Notes: generated by a model not told the origin, from the letters alone. A stretch of DNA of 64,000 bases from Patescibacteria group bacterium (GCA_018818405.1 JAHIRY010000038.1:35449-99448), one strand, 5' to 3'; positions 48,489-59,500 are shown, counted from the first letter of the stretch. A program made the numbers and translations.

Positions 48489-51400
48489 TTATTTACACAC
48501 AGGGAAAGCAAGCCCCGGCACAACACTGTAATTGTAAGTATAACCGTCGGAGTTTGTTTCCAATCGATATTTCAATTCATAACAATTTTGCAAGCCTGAA
48601 GCGGAAGCTTTGTATGAATAAACCGGATGATCGGTTTCATGCCCGGCGTAAATATTGGCAAAAAGCTGATTACTGCTATTATAACATGTTTCGCCGTTAT
48701 AGCCTTGGGCGCAGTTGACGCAGGCAAATCCCGGAACAGCGCATTGATAACTCAAATCCGGACATTTCAAAATCGGAGTTTCGTCCTCGACCGAGCAAAT
48801 TTCACCGGTATAATCGCCGCTCTCCGCCGGTGTTTCCCATTTGAAATGATTCTCCGGATCTCTCGGCAATTCCGCGCCGAGTTCCCGACCCAATTCTCCC
48901 TGCCATGACGGCCAAACGCTGAATGTTTGTCCGCGGACATAAGATCCCGATTCGAGCATTGGGACTTTATTTCCATGAGCATTCTTGTAATTTTCCAGAT
49001 AAATTCTCATCAAAACCATGTCGCTGATTCTCTTTGTATCGCGAATGATTTGCGATTTGTCCGGATCAGAGCTCGCGTCGCGGTTCAGATTGAACTTGAT
49101 GTATTTCACCATTTGGCTGTAAATGTTCATTGTTTCCGCGCCGGAATTTCGGGAATAACCCAGCAAATAAATATTATTGTAAACCGTCTTGTTAGCGGAA
49201 ATATTGGCCGCTGAAATATAAATGCTCGAACCGTCCTGCGCCGCAGCATAACAATTTCCCTGAAGATCGCAATCCACTTCCACTTTTGAAGTGCTCGCAG
49301 CCGGATTCGGCGCATAATTCTGATACCACACATCAGGCGGCAATGCTTCCGGATTTTCATAAATTCTGAGAGAAATAACATCAGCTGACGGAATTCCGTC
49401 CGGAGTGAAGAAATATTGCGCCAAGAGTTTCGGCTCCTCAGCCGGATCATCGGCGGAAACGCATTTTTTGTCATCCGGAAAATCAATCAATCCGTTTCGA
49501 TCATTGTCAATTCCGTCTCTGCATTGATTCTCGGATTGAAGACGCACTTGCTCTGCCGCCGCTCCCACATCCGAGCCGAATTGGCTGAACAGATTTACAT
49601 AATTAAATGAACCGCCAGAACAATGATCATCTCCGGTACAAACGCCGATCGCGTTTTGCTGATCATCGGAATTTTTCAAATTATGTTCAAAATCAAGATG
49701 AACAATCAAATTCGGATCATTCTGATCAGTTAAAACATATTGATTTGCAATTATCTCTCCGGTTGTTCTTGCCGTTTTCCAAATTCTAAAATCTTCCAAA
49801 TACCCGTTCAAGCCTCTATCCGGAGTTCCAAAAGATGAACCCACATAAATATCTTTATTCTGAGAAACGCCAGCTACAGGAAAGCTGGAAGCAGCAAAAT
49901 TGCTTCTTTCTCCATCAATAAAAATCTGATACTGCAATCCTCCCGGATGTTCTCCGTCATAAACGACCGAAATTGCATGATACCCTGCAGAAACCGATTG
50001 CGTTGTCTGCAATTTGATGGAATTTAACTGACCATATCTCAGATTCCAATAAACTTTGTTTACCAATCGACCATTTTCCTGAATCGGAAACAAACCAATC
50101 AAAATCTGCGGACATCCTCCGGGAACGGCAGCTTCACAATTGAGATTTTTCGTAAAAATCGGTTGAAACACTTGCCCCGACGGCTCCGGCACATATATCA
50201 GTGATTCAATAGTCCACGGTTTGCTGAAATCTGAAAAGTCCAATTTATTTTGCAAAGCGTCGGTATATGGAATTCGCAATTTATCGTTTTGATCAAATTT
50301 AATGGCAAATCTGTTCGGCGGGATTGCCACTGCCGGCGATTCTTTCAATTTCGGCAGATCATCCGTCGTGTCATTTCCTTCGCCGAAATCGCGGCAGTAG
50401 AAGAGACCGACATTATATTCTTTTTCATTCAGATGAACCGGTACTTTTGTTCCCGTTCCGGTTTCATATTCCAACAAATCCCATTTATCCTCTTCAAAAT
50501 GTTCCGGCGACCATGGATTCTCGCAAATCATCATTTCTATTGTTGCCGCGCCTTCGACAAATGCTCCGGTCGAATCAGCGGAATTAACATCAGCGCAAAC
50601 GCAATTTTCCGCGCCTTCCGCACAGGCGACCGCCGGATCCTGCGTCGCGTCGCGGCATACGCGGCGAATCTCGCCCAGAAAACCGCCTTGGTCAAGGCCC
50701 AATTTGTCAACCGTTATCACCGCTTTCGCGTGAATCTGAGTTTCTCCGTTTTTCGCCGTTGTTGTCACTTTAACCTCGTTTTTATTCTTTTTATCAGATC
50801 CGTTCTGCACAACATTGCAAACTTCCTCATCCTGTCCTTCCACCGCTTCCATCGAACAAATTTTCCCGACAATGGAAGAATCATCGGTTCTCCATTCCCA
50901 GCGCCAATCATAAACTCCGGGAATTGCCTGAATCAAATTTCCTTTGCTCTTGGCGATTGCCCTGTAATCTTCCACATGATCCTGATCGAGAATCAATCGG
51001 TAATCAGGATCCAGACTCACCTGATCGAGCTTGCAAACTTCATTGCCGGTTGAAAATTGAGTGGTGAATTGTCCCAAAACATCGCCGCAAATATTGGTCA
51101 TGTCATCCATTACAACCAAGATTTGTTTTCCGGCGGGCAGAGCTTGTTTCGGAGTAATCATAATGGCGGTTCTTCTGTCAGCCGGATTTTGCTCGCCCGT
51201 GCTCTCAACCGAAACATTATCTATCTCAATACGGCACAAATAAGCTTCCTGCGCAAATGTCACTTTTGCCAATAAATTCTTCAGCGCCAATTTCAATCTC
51301 TGGAAAAATCCCATGGCAGTCTCCGCCGGACATGCCTCTGCGCTCAAATAAAATAATTTTATATTTGTTGAAATATTTTGCTCTCCGATTTTCTTGTTGA

Positions 51401-54400
51401 ACGGAATATAAATCAATGCATTCCGGCAAACACCCGCCGAATTTCTAGCCGGAACTATGTTATTCACATCCATGCGAATATCCGGAGACACGCATTGTCT
51501 GTCGCGAAAAGTCAATTCCGTTGTTCCTGTTTTTGAAATCGGATTATCGCCCGTTTCAGTGCCGGTGGCGCTGATATCGGTGCTGTCCTGCGCATAATGC
51601 TTTTCCGGATCATACAAATTCAGAATATCAATATTGCCGACAACCGTTGCCGACTGATACGGACTCTGACCGATGGACTGACCGCCCGGCTCGCATTGAT
51701 CATCCTCTCCGCTTCCAACAATTCCATCTCCGCAGGCAGAGCCGGCTTCAACCGATGAACCTTGATTCAGACATTTTCCATTGCAATATGAAGGAAATCG
51801 ACAGACGCATCCCTGATCAACGCCATAGACGCAACCGGAACCATCGGCTTTTTTGCATTCTGACTCGCATTCTTCATTTCCATCAATCGTTCCATTTCCG
51901 CAACAATTCTCCGTCACCGCGCCGATACAGCTCGTAAATCCTCTCCACAAACATCTTTCATTGCAATCCGGATTGTCAGCCAATGAACAGACACAGCCCT
52001 GAACTCCGTAAGCGCAAGCTGAATTATTGGCGTTTTTACAAATGGCTTCGCATTCTTCTCCGCCTTCCAGCTCTCCGTTGCCGCAGAGCGCTGACGCCGC
52101 CGGCTCTCCTTTTTTATATTTTGAACCTTCATTTAAACATTTGTTCGAACAACCGTCTCCATTGGAAGTATTGCCGTCATCGCAATCTTCGCCTTCTTCC
52201 ACTATTCCATTGCCGCAGACAAATCCGGCAGCGGTTCCCGCTTTCAAACAACCGGCAGTGCAAGCAGGATCCTTTGCCACGCAAACGCAACCTGCATCTT
52301 CATCTTCCGGGTCGCAGGCTTCGCCATCTTTCAAGAATTGACAAGCGAAATCGCATTCTTCCGTATATGCAATATCTTCGATCGAATAAGTTCCGTCTTC
52401 CCTGCCGTTGCCGCAACATTTTTCATTTTCCGCTCCGGTGCAAAGATTCGGCACCGCCTCGCGCAAACAGTTGGCGGAACAACCGTCTCCATTGGCAATG
52501 TTATCAATTACATCGCATTCTTCACCGCTTTCCCTGATCCCGTTTCCGCAAACCGATGCCAAAGAACCGCTGCCTCTGGACAAACATTTGTCAGTGCAAA
52601 ATTCCGGCAACCCCAAATGATAAAGCGTATCGGAAATTGTCGCCACATTCGGCTTGCCGCTCATCCATGCCCAAGTATAATCATATTGATTCAAAATCTG
52701 TCCCTCCGGATCGCAAGCATCCGGCGCGCTCCTCGGCAGAGCTGAATATGAGATTCTCTGTTCCTTCGTCTCGCTGAGATAACTCTGAGGCATGACTGAA
52801 ACCGAATTGATCCGGCATTTCTCTTCTGTATTTTTTGTTTTGAAAACCCAGCTGAACGAGTCCGTTGTTCCTTGTTCCGCTAGCGCGGTGCTGTAATTCA
52901 AACCTGTCAGATCGACTCCGCTCGCACTCTGAGTATTTCCGGAGATTACCACTCGATAAAATTTGTTCGGCAGTAATTCGTTGCTCGGATTTACAGTCAA
53001 TCGGTTGGTCAGTTTTCCCTCTGCGTCCAATTCGAATTGATAATTCGGAATACTTCCCGCCAAATCAACTTCATCAAAAGTGACGCAATCGGCGCCCGCT
53101 CTGCAGGCAAACAATTTAACATTATCCGTATTCAAGGTTTCAGACCCGTCGACAGCAACATTAATCAAACTTGAAGATTTCATCTGAATATTGAAATCAG
53201 CGCCAAAACCGGCATTAATGCACGCTTCATCGCAAGCCGGAAAATATGAAACCACTTTCGGATCAGCGAATTTTATTTCCAGTTGCGCGTCCTTTGAAAC
53301 ATTGCCGGCAGTACGGAAAATCATTGAATCGGTCGCGATGGTTGCGTATGCTCGCACTCCGACAAGTTCATCAACGGTTGTTTCCAAATTTACCGGATTC
53401 GCTTTTGCCTCGGCTGACAATCCGAAAATTCCAATATCTTTTCGCAATCCATCTTCATCGAATGCGTTTCTCTGGAATGAAACTCGCTCGCTGTTCTCCC
53501 GCGGATCATTCGCCGTCCAGCGCCAATTTTCATCCATTAGCGAAATATCCTGGCACTGATATTGTCCGGAAACCATGAAAGATTCCGTGTCATCCAGTGA
53601 ATCAATCAAACCTTTGATCGGCTTCATCAACAATGTATCGGCAGAACACAATTCCGGCAAAGTTCTGAATTGCCATGAATAATCTCTGGGCATGAATTCT
53701 CCTTTTTCTGTCGCAATACCGTCCGCGCCTCCTTTTATTTCAACTTTATACAATGTATTTTTGAACAAATTGGCGTAAAATCTTGGACCCTCCGCTATCG
53801 GAGCCGCTCCGCCCTTAAACAAAGACTTATTCAAAGTTCTGGCCAAATGAAATTCAGTCAACTGTTTTCCGGAAACTTCACACTCGCAATTCGGCGTTCC
53901 GGCGGCGCAAGAACTTCCGTTTCTGAGACAAACGGCAGATTCATTGGTCGTGCCGATATCATTCGGATCAATCGCCCCGACCGGCTGAGTAATGCAATTC
54001 TCTTCGCACTTGTCCAGATCGCATTGGCCGAGATCAACGGTGCAAGTGCAGGCAGCGGAAGTTTCAACGCATTCTTCACTTTTATTTTCCTCGCATCTCA
54101 GCGTACGCAGAGGATACTCGCATTTTTTTATCGTAATATTATTATTCAATGTCGCTGAATTGATAATCATGTTAAAAGTTCCGGAAATCATTCCATTCGG
54201 ACAAGCGTCAATAGAACCTCTGAACGGCGAAGGCGATTGCGGCAAATATCCGCGAGTGCAGGATCGCTCCAATATTTTCGGGACTTTCGGCAAGGAGCCG
54301 GTGCTCACAATCCAGGCAAACTCAGAATCAGCGCCCTCTGCCGGAGCAACGCATCCGTCTGCAAGGTTTGCGCAAATTCCGGTTGCGCAACATATTCTTC

Positions 54401-56957
54401 CTTCACCGCAACTTTCTCCGCTGCAACTGCCGACAGTAAAATGAACTTCATTGCTTTTCTGCGCATTATCATTATTCTCAACATAAACTTTTCCGGAAAC
54501 CGCTTCAGCCGGAATACGCGCTTTCTTAATGGCAGTGTTAGCCCAAGCCGCAGTTTCAGTCACCTCAATTCCCGGATCATCAGCCACTCCTGTTTTGGCA
54601 AATTTAAGTGTGTAATTCGCTTTCGCTCCGAAATTTTGTCCGCTCAAATCCACCAAAATTCCTCGCGGACCATTGTCCGGAGAAATAGAACAAATCGCCG
54701 GACCGGCAGACTCTTCATTTACCGCCAAATTCTTCGGTTCACTGCGAACAGCATCGGAAGTCACCAGCACAACGCCGTAAGTTCCGGCCGGCAGAGTATC
54801 GGAAATTTTTACTTTTACCTCAGAATCATTCCAGCTGTTATTCTCACAACCAAGGCCGGCATTCGTTTTTTCTCCAGCCGCATCCAACAATTCCACCCAG
54901 CCGACTTTTGTTCCGAAATTTTCTCCGCTCAGAGTAATAATTTGTCCTTGTGGCGCCGGACTCGGCGAAATTTCTTTTATTTCCGGCAAATTCTCCAACA
55001 CGGAAATTCTGAAACGAACCGGATTGCTCACAATAAAAGTGCAGACGCAACCGTCTGTTCCTTTTTCACATTCTTTATTATCAACATTAATGCAACGCTC
55101 GCCCTGGCTGACGGAAACATTTACCAACCCTGATTTTAAATTCGGAATTTGTATTTTTGTAATTCTATCTCTAGTCCATTGCGCGCCAGCTGACAACTGC
55201 GTGGGATTTTCTCCGAAATAAACGCGATATTCCGCCGCGCCCGGATCATTGGACGAACCAAAATTGGTTCCGTTCGCCACGACGCTCTGTCTCAGATCGC
55301 CGGCCAGACAATTGGAGCACTCCGCTCCTTCGCAAACGCAATCTTCCCGCGCAACCGAGCACAATCCCGGATATGTCAGCGTTTCATTTATTACAAAATC
55401 TTTTTTCCACCCGCGATCATTTATTGTGTCATCATATTTATTGTCCTTGTTTACAATTTTAATCGGACCGTCGGTCGCGCCTTCCGGCACTTTTGCGATC
55501 ACTTGCCGGTCAGACCAAGCGAAATTATCAGCGCAGCCCATTTCCGCTTCAATATAAACCGGATTATTGTCACTATCAAGTCCGCCGGTAAAATAAACTT
55601 TGCTTGTTCCGGCGACAAAATTTTTAAATCCCGAACCGTAGACGGAAACCAGATTTCCCGTTGCGCTCTCATCGGGCGTCACATTTGTAATTACCGGCAA
55701 AGCAATACATTTATTCGGTTCATCAACGCCTTGCTCGGCGCAATAATATCCGCTCGCGCAATCAACATCATCGCGGCAAGCGCCGTCGCAAGCTCCGCAC
55801 TCGGCTCGTCCGCAAACAGCGACTCCGTCTTCAAAACATGATTCAGGCAAAACTTTCACTCTTATTTGCTTTGTCGCGGAATGATCATCCACATCATCAG
55901 CCTTTGCTTCCAGAGTATGCATTCCTATTGCCAGATCCGCCGTGTCCCATTCAAAGGAAGATTCTCTCGGCGTGGCTCCGTCTTTGCCTTCTTCTGCGAC
56001 CAGCTCGCCGTCAGCGGAAAATGAAATCGCGCTAATGCCCGAATCATCGACAGCCGAAATATTCATATCAACAAAATCATTGACAGAAACCTTGGCTCCG
56101 TCCAGCGGCGAAGTGAAACTGACTTGCGGCGCGGTGACATCAACATTTTCACCGGTTGTAAAATCCGATCGGCACACACTGCCGGGAGCGCAAGACAATC
56201 CCTTTCCGCCGGTCGATTTTATTTCCGTCGGAACAAGAGAGACCGAATATTCGGTATTCGCGCCAAAACATTTTAAATTATCATTCGGCGCCGGACATTT
56301 TTCAGATGGAGTAAATACAACTTTACTGCCAATGACCACAAAATCGCCGGCAACCGCATTACCCTCTTTGTCAATTATCTTTACTGTTTGATCATTAATT
56401 GTTCGAGAATTTACGGTCGAAGAAAAATTGATGCGGACTTTTACATTTCGCACTTTCAATTCAGTACTCGGCGAAATGGATCGTCCGACAAAAGATCGGA
56501 CATTAGCGACTTGCAAACCGCCGATCGGCGCCGCGCCTTGAATTTCAACTCCCGGTCCGGCCTGCAAACCGGTTGCTTCTGACAATCGGCTGATAACAAA
56601 AGATGTAATCGCGTAAGCTGAAAAAACAATTGCCAAACCGATAAAAGAATTGATTAAAATTTTCTTTGCTTTCGCCACTTTCGCCTCTTCTCCTCCGCTC
56701 GTCATGTAAACAAAGCCGCCGTACAAAACCAAAACAATCGCGATCACGCCGACAAAACCGAGAATAATTCTGATAATATTGCCGATCGTCACGCGCAGAT
56801 CAACTCCGGCTGAAAGTCCGGTCGCCTCGCCCACTGTTTCCACTCCCAGATCCGGCGCCTGAGCAAACACTCCGCTTGCAAATGAAAATCCGCTGACAAT
56901 TATGAAGAATATTATCAGCCATTTAATCAATTTTTTTATTTTTCCTTCGTTAAACAT
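48489..56957 (-). CDS. giant pilin-fused surface protein (2822 aa): VirB2/TrbC-like pilin, Ig-like, IPT/TIG, Myxococcus-type Cys-rich repeats, LamG, PsbP-like, type IV pilin-like tail
   Basis: Motifs read in the translation: YGGFVYMTSGGEEAKVAKAKK; PVITNVTP...VSVYGSGF; CGNGIRESGEECD-type repeats; GYLEDFRIWKTART; RDTKRISDM...YLENY...LPRDP. Confidence 0.85.
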   Translation of the reverse strand: MFNEGKIKKLIKWLIIFFIIVSGFSFASGVFAQAPDLGVETVGEATGLSAGVDLRVTIGNIIRIILGFVGVIAIVLVLYGGFVYMTSGGEEAKVAKAKKILINSFIGLAIVFSAYAITSFVISRLSEATGLQAGPGVEIQGAAPIGGLQVANVRSFVGRSISPSTELKVRNVKVRINFSSTVNSRTINDQTVKIIDKEGNAVAGDFVVIGSKVVFTPSEKCPAPNDNLKCFGANTEYSVSLVPTEIKSTGGKGLSCAPGSVCRSDFTTGENVDVTAPQVSFTSPLDGAKVSVNDFVDMNISAVDDSGISAISFSADGELVAEEGKDGATPRESSFEWDTADLAIGMHTLEAKADDVDDHSATKQIRVKVLPESCFEDGVAVCGRAECGACDGACRDDVDCASGYYCAEQGVDEPNKCIALPVITNVTPDESATGNLVSVYGSGFKNFVAGTSKVYFTGGLDSDNNPVYIEAEMGCADNFAWSDRQVIAKVPEGATDGPIKIVNKDNKYDDTINDRGWKKDFVINETLTYPGLCSVAREDCVCEGAECSNCLAGDLRQSVVANGTNFGSSNDPGAAEYRVYFGENPTQLSAGAQWTRDRITKIQIPNLKSGLVNVSVSQGERCINVDNKECEKGTDGCVCTFIVSNPVRFRISVLENLPEIKEISPSPAPQGQIITLSGENFGTKVGWVELLDAAGEKTNAGLGCENNSWNDSEVKVKISDTLPAGTYGVVLVTSDAVRSEPKNLAVNEESAGPAICSISPDNGPRGILVDLSGQNFGAKANYTLKFAKTGVADDPGIEVTETAAWANTAIKKARIPAEAVSGKVYVENNDNAQKSNEVHFTVGSCSGESCGEGRICCATGICANLADGCVAPAEGADSEFAWIVSTGSLPKVPKILERSCTRGYLPQSPSPFRGSIDACPNGMISGTFNMIINSATLNNNITIKKCEYPLRTLRCEENKSEECVETSAACTCTVDLGQCDLDKCEENCITQPVGAIDPNDIGTTNESAVCLRNGSSCAAGTPNCECEVSGKQLTEFHLARTLNKSLFKGGAAPIAEGPRFYANLFKNTLYKVEIKGGADGIATEKGEFMPRDYSWQFRTLPELCSADTLLMKPIKGLIDSLDDTESFMVSGQYQCQDISLMDENWRWTANDPRENSERVSFQRNAFDEDGLRKDIGIFGLSAEAKANPVNLETTVDELVGVRAYATIATDSMIFRTAGNVSKDAQLEIKFADPKVVSYFPACDEACINAGFGADFNIQMKSSSLINVAVDGSETLNTDNVKLFACRAGADCVTFDEVDLAGSIPNYQFELDAEGKLTNRLTVNPSNELLPNKFYRVVISGNTQSASGVDLTGLNYSTALAEQGTTDSFSWVFKTKNTEEKCRINSVSVMPQSYLSETKEQRISYSALPRSAPDACDPEGQILNQYDYTWAWMSGKPNVATISDTLYHLGLPEFCTDKCLSRGSGSLASVCGNGIRESGEECDVIDNIANGDGCSANCLREAVPNLCTGAENEKCCGNGREDGTYSIEDIAYTEECDFACQFLKDGEACDPEDEDAGCVCVAKDPACTAGCLKAGTAAGFVCGNGIVEEGEDCDDGNTSNGDGCSNKCLNEGSKYKKGEPAASALCGNGELEGGEECEAICKNANNSACAYGVQGCVCSLADNPDCNERCLWRGFTSCIGAVTENCCGNGTIDGNEECESECKKADGSGCVYGVDQGCVCRFPSYCNGKCLNQGSSVEAGSACGDGIVGSGEDDQCEPGGQSIGQSPYQSATVVGNIDILNLYDPEKHYAQDSTDISATGTETGDNPISKTGTTELTFRDRQCVSPDIRMDVNNIVPARNSAGVCRNALIYIPFNKKIGEQNISTNIKLFYLSAEACPAETAMGFFQRLKLALKNLLAKVTFAQEAYLCRIEIDNVSVESTGEQNPADRRTAIMITPKQALPAGKQILVVMDDMTNICGDVLGQFTTQFSTGNEVCKLDQVSLDPDYRLILDQDHVEDYRAIAKSKGNLIQAIPGVYDWRWEWRTDDSSIVGKICSMEAVEGQDEEVCNVVQNGSDKKNKNEVKVTTTAKNGETQIHAKAVITVDKLGLDQGGFLGEIRRVCRDATQDPAVACAEGAENCVCADVNSADSTGAFVEGAATIEMMICENPWSPEHFEEDKWDLLEYETGTGTKVPVHLNEKEYNVGLFYCRDFGEGNDTTDDLPKLKESPAVAIPPNRFAIKFDQNDKLRIPYTDALQNKLDFSDFSKPWTIESLIYVPEPSGQVFQPIFTKNLNCEAAVPGGCPQILIGLFPIQENGRLVNKVYWNLRYGQLNSIKLQTTQSVSAGYHAISVVYDGEHPGGLQYQIFIDGERSNFAASSFPVAGVSQNKDIYVGSSFGTPDRGLNGYLEDFRIWKTARTTGEIIANQYVLTDQNDPNLIVHLDFEHNLKNSDDQQNAIGVCTGDDHCSGGSFNYVNLFSQFGSDVGAAAEQVRLQSENQCRDGIDNDRNGLIDFPDDKKCVSADDPAEEPKLLAQYFFTPDGIPSADVISLRIYENPEALPPDVWYQNYAPNPAASTSKVEVDCDLQGNCYAAAQDGSSIYISAANISANKTVYNNIYLLGYSRNSGAETMNIYSQMVKYIKFNLNRDASSDPDKSQIIRDTKRISDMVLMRIYLENYKNAHGNKVPMLESGSYVRGQTFSVWPSWQGELGRELGAELPRDPENHFKWETPAESGDYTGEICSVEDETPILKCPDLSYQCAVPGFACVNCAQGYNGETCYNSSNQLFANIYAGHETDHPVYSYKASASGLQNCYELKYRLETNSDGYTYNYSVVPGLAFPVCK

Positions 56958-56984
56958 TTTATTTTTATTTTAAATTTTTTCCTT

Positions 56985-58916
56985 TTACTCCGCGCTCGGA
57001 AGAGGACAAGAATCCGCCGACACCTTTTGCAATGGGAAATTCGCTTCGTTCAAATTCGGACAACAAGAAGTTCCCGATCCCGCATCCGTGCAGTCAGCAA
57101 ACGATTTTGTCGGACTGAAACAATTTTGTCTGGAATCCCGCACCGTTGATTTGATAATCGGCGTATATTTCGGCGAAGCATTCGCAGTCTCCGGACTGAA
57201 CGCGCCATGATTAATTTCAATCTTAGCATCATCAACTTCACCGTCAGCCGTTTCTCCCAGATTCGCGTCAAACCAAGAAGTAAAATCTTCTCCAATCAAA
57301 GCAACCTCCCGATCAACCGATTCCGCGTCCAATCCTTCATTGAAAGTCGCAGACAAAATAACATTTACCGGCAATGAATCGCTGGCATTGTTCGGTTCAA
57401 GCAATGTAATCCAAGGCGGAGTCAAATCAAGCGAATCGCCGGTTTTGAATTTCCATTGAAAATCATCGGTGAGCGGACCGTCGCATTTATCATTAGCATT
57501 TCCATCCAGAGAATTTCCCGCCATATCCATAATTCCCGTGCCCGGAGTGCCCAGACAGCCTTCGATCAAATCAGCTGCCAATGCTTTGCCGGTAATTTCA
57601 ACATTGCTCGGCAAGCAAAATACCGGCTCGCCGCAAGAATTTTCTTGCACTCCCTCGCACGGAGTATTGCTGATAAACTGAATTGTTTTATAACTATTGA
57701 TTCCGACTTTCCAGTCGCCGGGAATATGATTTGTTTCACAATCATCTTTTGCATGATCCGGACCGAAGAGCTGCGCTTCATTGTCATTGTCAGCCGCATT
57801 GCACACCTGCTCCTGGCTCAACGGAGGAATCACCGGTTCATTGAAATTTATTGAAACTATTTGATTCAAATACACATAACCTTGTTTGTCCAACGCTCTA
57901 TCGCTCACATCAGGATATTCATGATCAGCCGGCACAACCGAACGAATCTGCGGCGGAATATTGTCAATGGTCGTGTTTGTCAGAAATCTCCATTTGTAAT
58001 CAGGCGTTGCCAGATTAAAAATGCTTTGGCCGTCCGATCCTTCTCTCAGAATTCCGGAGGTTAACTGAACAATATAAGAAACTTCATTTTCCGAACTGCC
58101 CATATGTTCATTGGCGCTTTGGCCGTACGGATTGAAAATAATTGTCCTGTGATCAGCGGTAATCATCGCATAACCGGGAACTTGTAATTCCGCGTTGCCC
58201 GGAACTTCCTTGCAATCCATCATTTTTTCTTCCGCGCACCCGAAAACCTTGAATGATTCGGTCAGCGAACCGCATATTCTTCCATCCGCCATTGCCGGAC
58301 ATGGATAAGCCGCGTTCGCAGATCCGATGACAGACGCCGGATCAACCGGCAAACGAAATGTCACAAGAATCATTGAATTGCGCGGCACTCCGGTCTGCTC
58401 GGGCAATGGATAATGGCTCTGAATCACCGAGCCGAAAGCTCCGCCTGATAAACTTACTCCCGGTCCGCCTCGTCCGGCGATTGTAACTCCGCCTCCGCCA
58501 CCGCCCGCGCCGACCAATCTATTGACAACAAAAGAAACGATCGCGTAAGCGGAAAAAATTATTACCAATCCTATGGCTCCGTTTATCATCCATTTTTTTG
58601 CTTTTTCCACCTTGGCCGGCTCTCCTCCGCTGGTCATGTAAAGCGCGCCCGCATACATGACAATGATTATCGCGATCGCGCCGACAAAACCGAGCGCGAT
58701 TTTGATAATATTTCCAATAATTACTCTGGGATCCTGCGCCGTGAGTATCGTTTGCTCGCCCACCGCAGTCAGTCCGGCTGTAATCTCAGACTCCGCCGCT
58801 TGCGCGTGAACCGAAACCGGCGAAAATAAAAAAATCGCCAAAACAAATATAAAACAACCGGCAGTTATCTTGATTATAAAATCCAACTGATTTGATTTTA
58901 TTTTGTTTGGCATCAA
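56985..58916 (-). CDS. VirB2/TrbC-like pilin fused to Ig-like (Big_5-type) domains
   Basis: Signal peptide (VHA). YAGALYMTSGGEPAKVEKAKK...IGLVIIFSAYAIVSFV. Ig repeats with xFNEP/WxFxT patterns. Confidence 0.85.
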   Translation of the reverse strand: MMPNKIKSNQLDFIIKITAGCFIFVLAIFLFSPVSVHAQAAESEITAGLTAVGEQTILTAQDPRVIIGNIIKIALGFVGAIAIIIVMYAGALYMTSGGEPAKVEKAKKWMINGAIGLVIIFSAYAIVSFVVNRLVGAGGGGGGVTIAGRGGPGVSLSGGAFGSVIQSHYPLPEQTGVPRNSMILVTFRLPVDPASVIGSANAAYPCPAMADGRICGSLTESFKVFGCAEEKMMDCKEVPGNAELQVPGYAMITADHRTIIFNPYGQSANEHMGSSENEVSYIVQLTSGILREGSDGQSIFNLATPDYKWRFLTNTTIDNIPPQIRSVVPADHEYPDVSDRALDKQGYVYLNQIVSINFNEPVIPPLSQEQVCNAADNDNEAQLFGPDHAKDDCETNHIPGDWKVGINSYKTIQFISNTPCEGVQENSCGEPVFCLPSNVEITGKALAADLIEGCLGTPGTGIMDMAGNSLDGNANDKCDGPLTDDFQWKFKTGDSLDLTPPWITLLEPNNASDSLPVNVILSATFNEGLDAESVDREVALIGEDFTSWFDANLGETADGEVDDAKIEINHGAFSPETANASPKYTPIIKSTVRDSRQNCFSPTKSFADCTDAGSGTSCCPNLNEANFPLQKVSADSCPLPSAE

Positions 58917-59008
58917 TTCCTCGCTGTCCTGTATTTACAGAACGGAATTATTTTTTATTTTTCTTTTAACAACTCTGCTTTTTTTATTTCACTAATTCTT
59001 CCAATGAT

Positions 59009-59455
59009 TTATCTCTCTATAATTTCTTTCACAATACCGCTCACAGTATTTCCATCCGCTTTTCCTTTTAATTCTTTCATTGCCGCTGACATTGCTTTGC
59101 CGAAATTTTTTCTGTCTTCTTCCGGCAAATTTTGAATCGCCGCCTCCGCCAGCGCTCTGACTTCTTCGACCGGCGCTTCATCCGGCAAAAAATCTTGCAG
59201 GATTTCGATTTCCGCTTTTTCTTTGTCAGCCAATTCCCTGCGTCCGCCTTGTTCAAAAGCCACAACAGATTCATTGCGCTTTTTTATTTCATTGCGAACG
59301 ATGGAAACAAAATCCTCCTCTGTCAATTCCCGCTTCAGCTCAATGGATTTATTTTTCAATCCGGCTTTCAGCATGCGCAGAGTATCTATCGTCAGACTGT
59401 CTTTCTTTTTTAATGCCTCGGTAAAAACCGCGTCAATTTCTTTGAATGATTTCAT
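59009..59455 (-). CDS. GatB/YqeY domain protein
   Basis: LRMLKA...EIKKRNES...GGRRELADKEKAEI...LKGKADG. Confidence 0.92.
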   Translation of the reverse strand: MKSFKEIDAVFTEALKKKDSLTIDTLRMLKAGLKNKSIELKRELTEEDFVSIVRNEIKKRNESVVAFEQGGRRELADKEKAEIEILQDFLPDEAPVEEVRALAEAAIQNLPEEDRKNFGKAMSAAMKELKGKADGNTVSGIVKEIIER

Positions 59456-59500
59456 AAGATAATTATACAATATTTTATTAAAAATGAGAATCCACAGGCA

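Noticed and set aside
48627-56582. Many plus-strand ORFs opposite the 2822-aa gene
   Set aside because: Antisense shadows with no recognisable motifs.
24832-56957. Diversity-generating retroelement targeting the giant proteins
   Set aside because: No reverse transcriptase and no TR/VR pair differing at adenines was seen.
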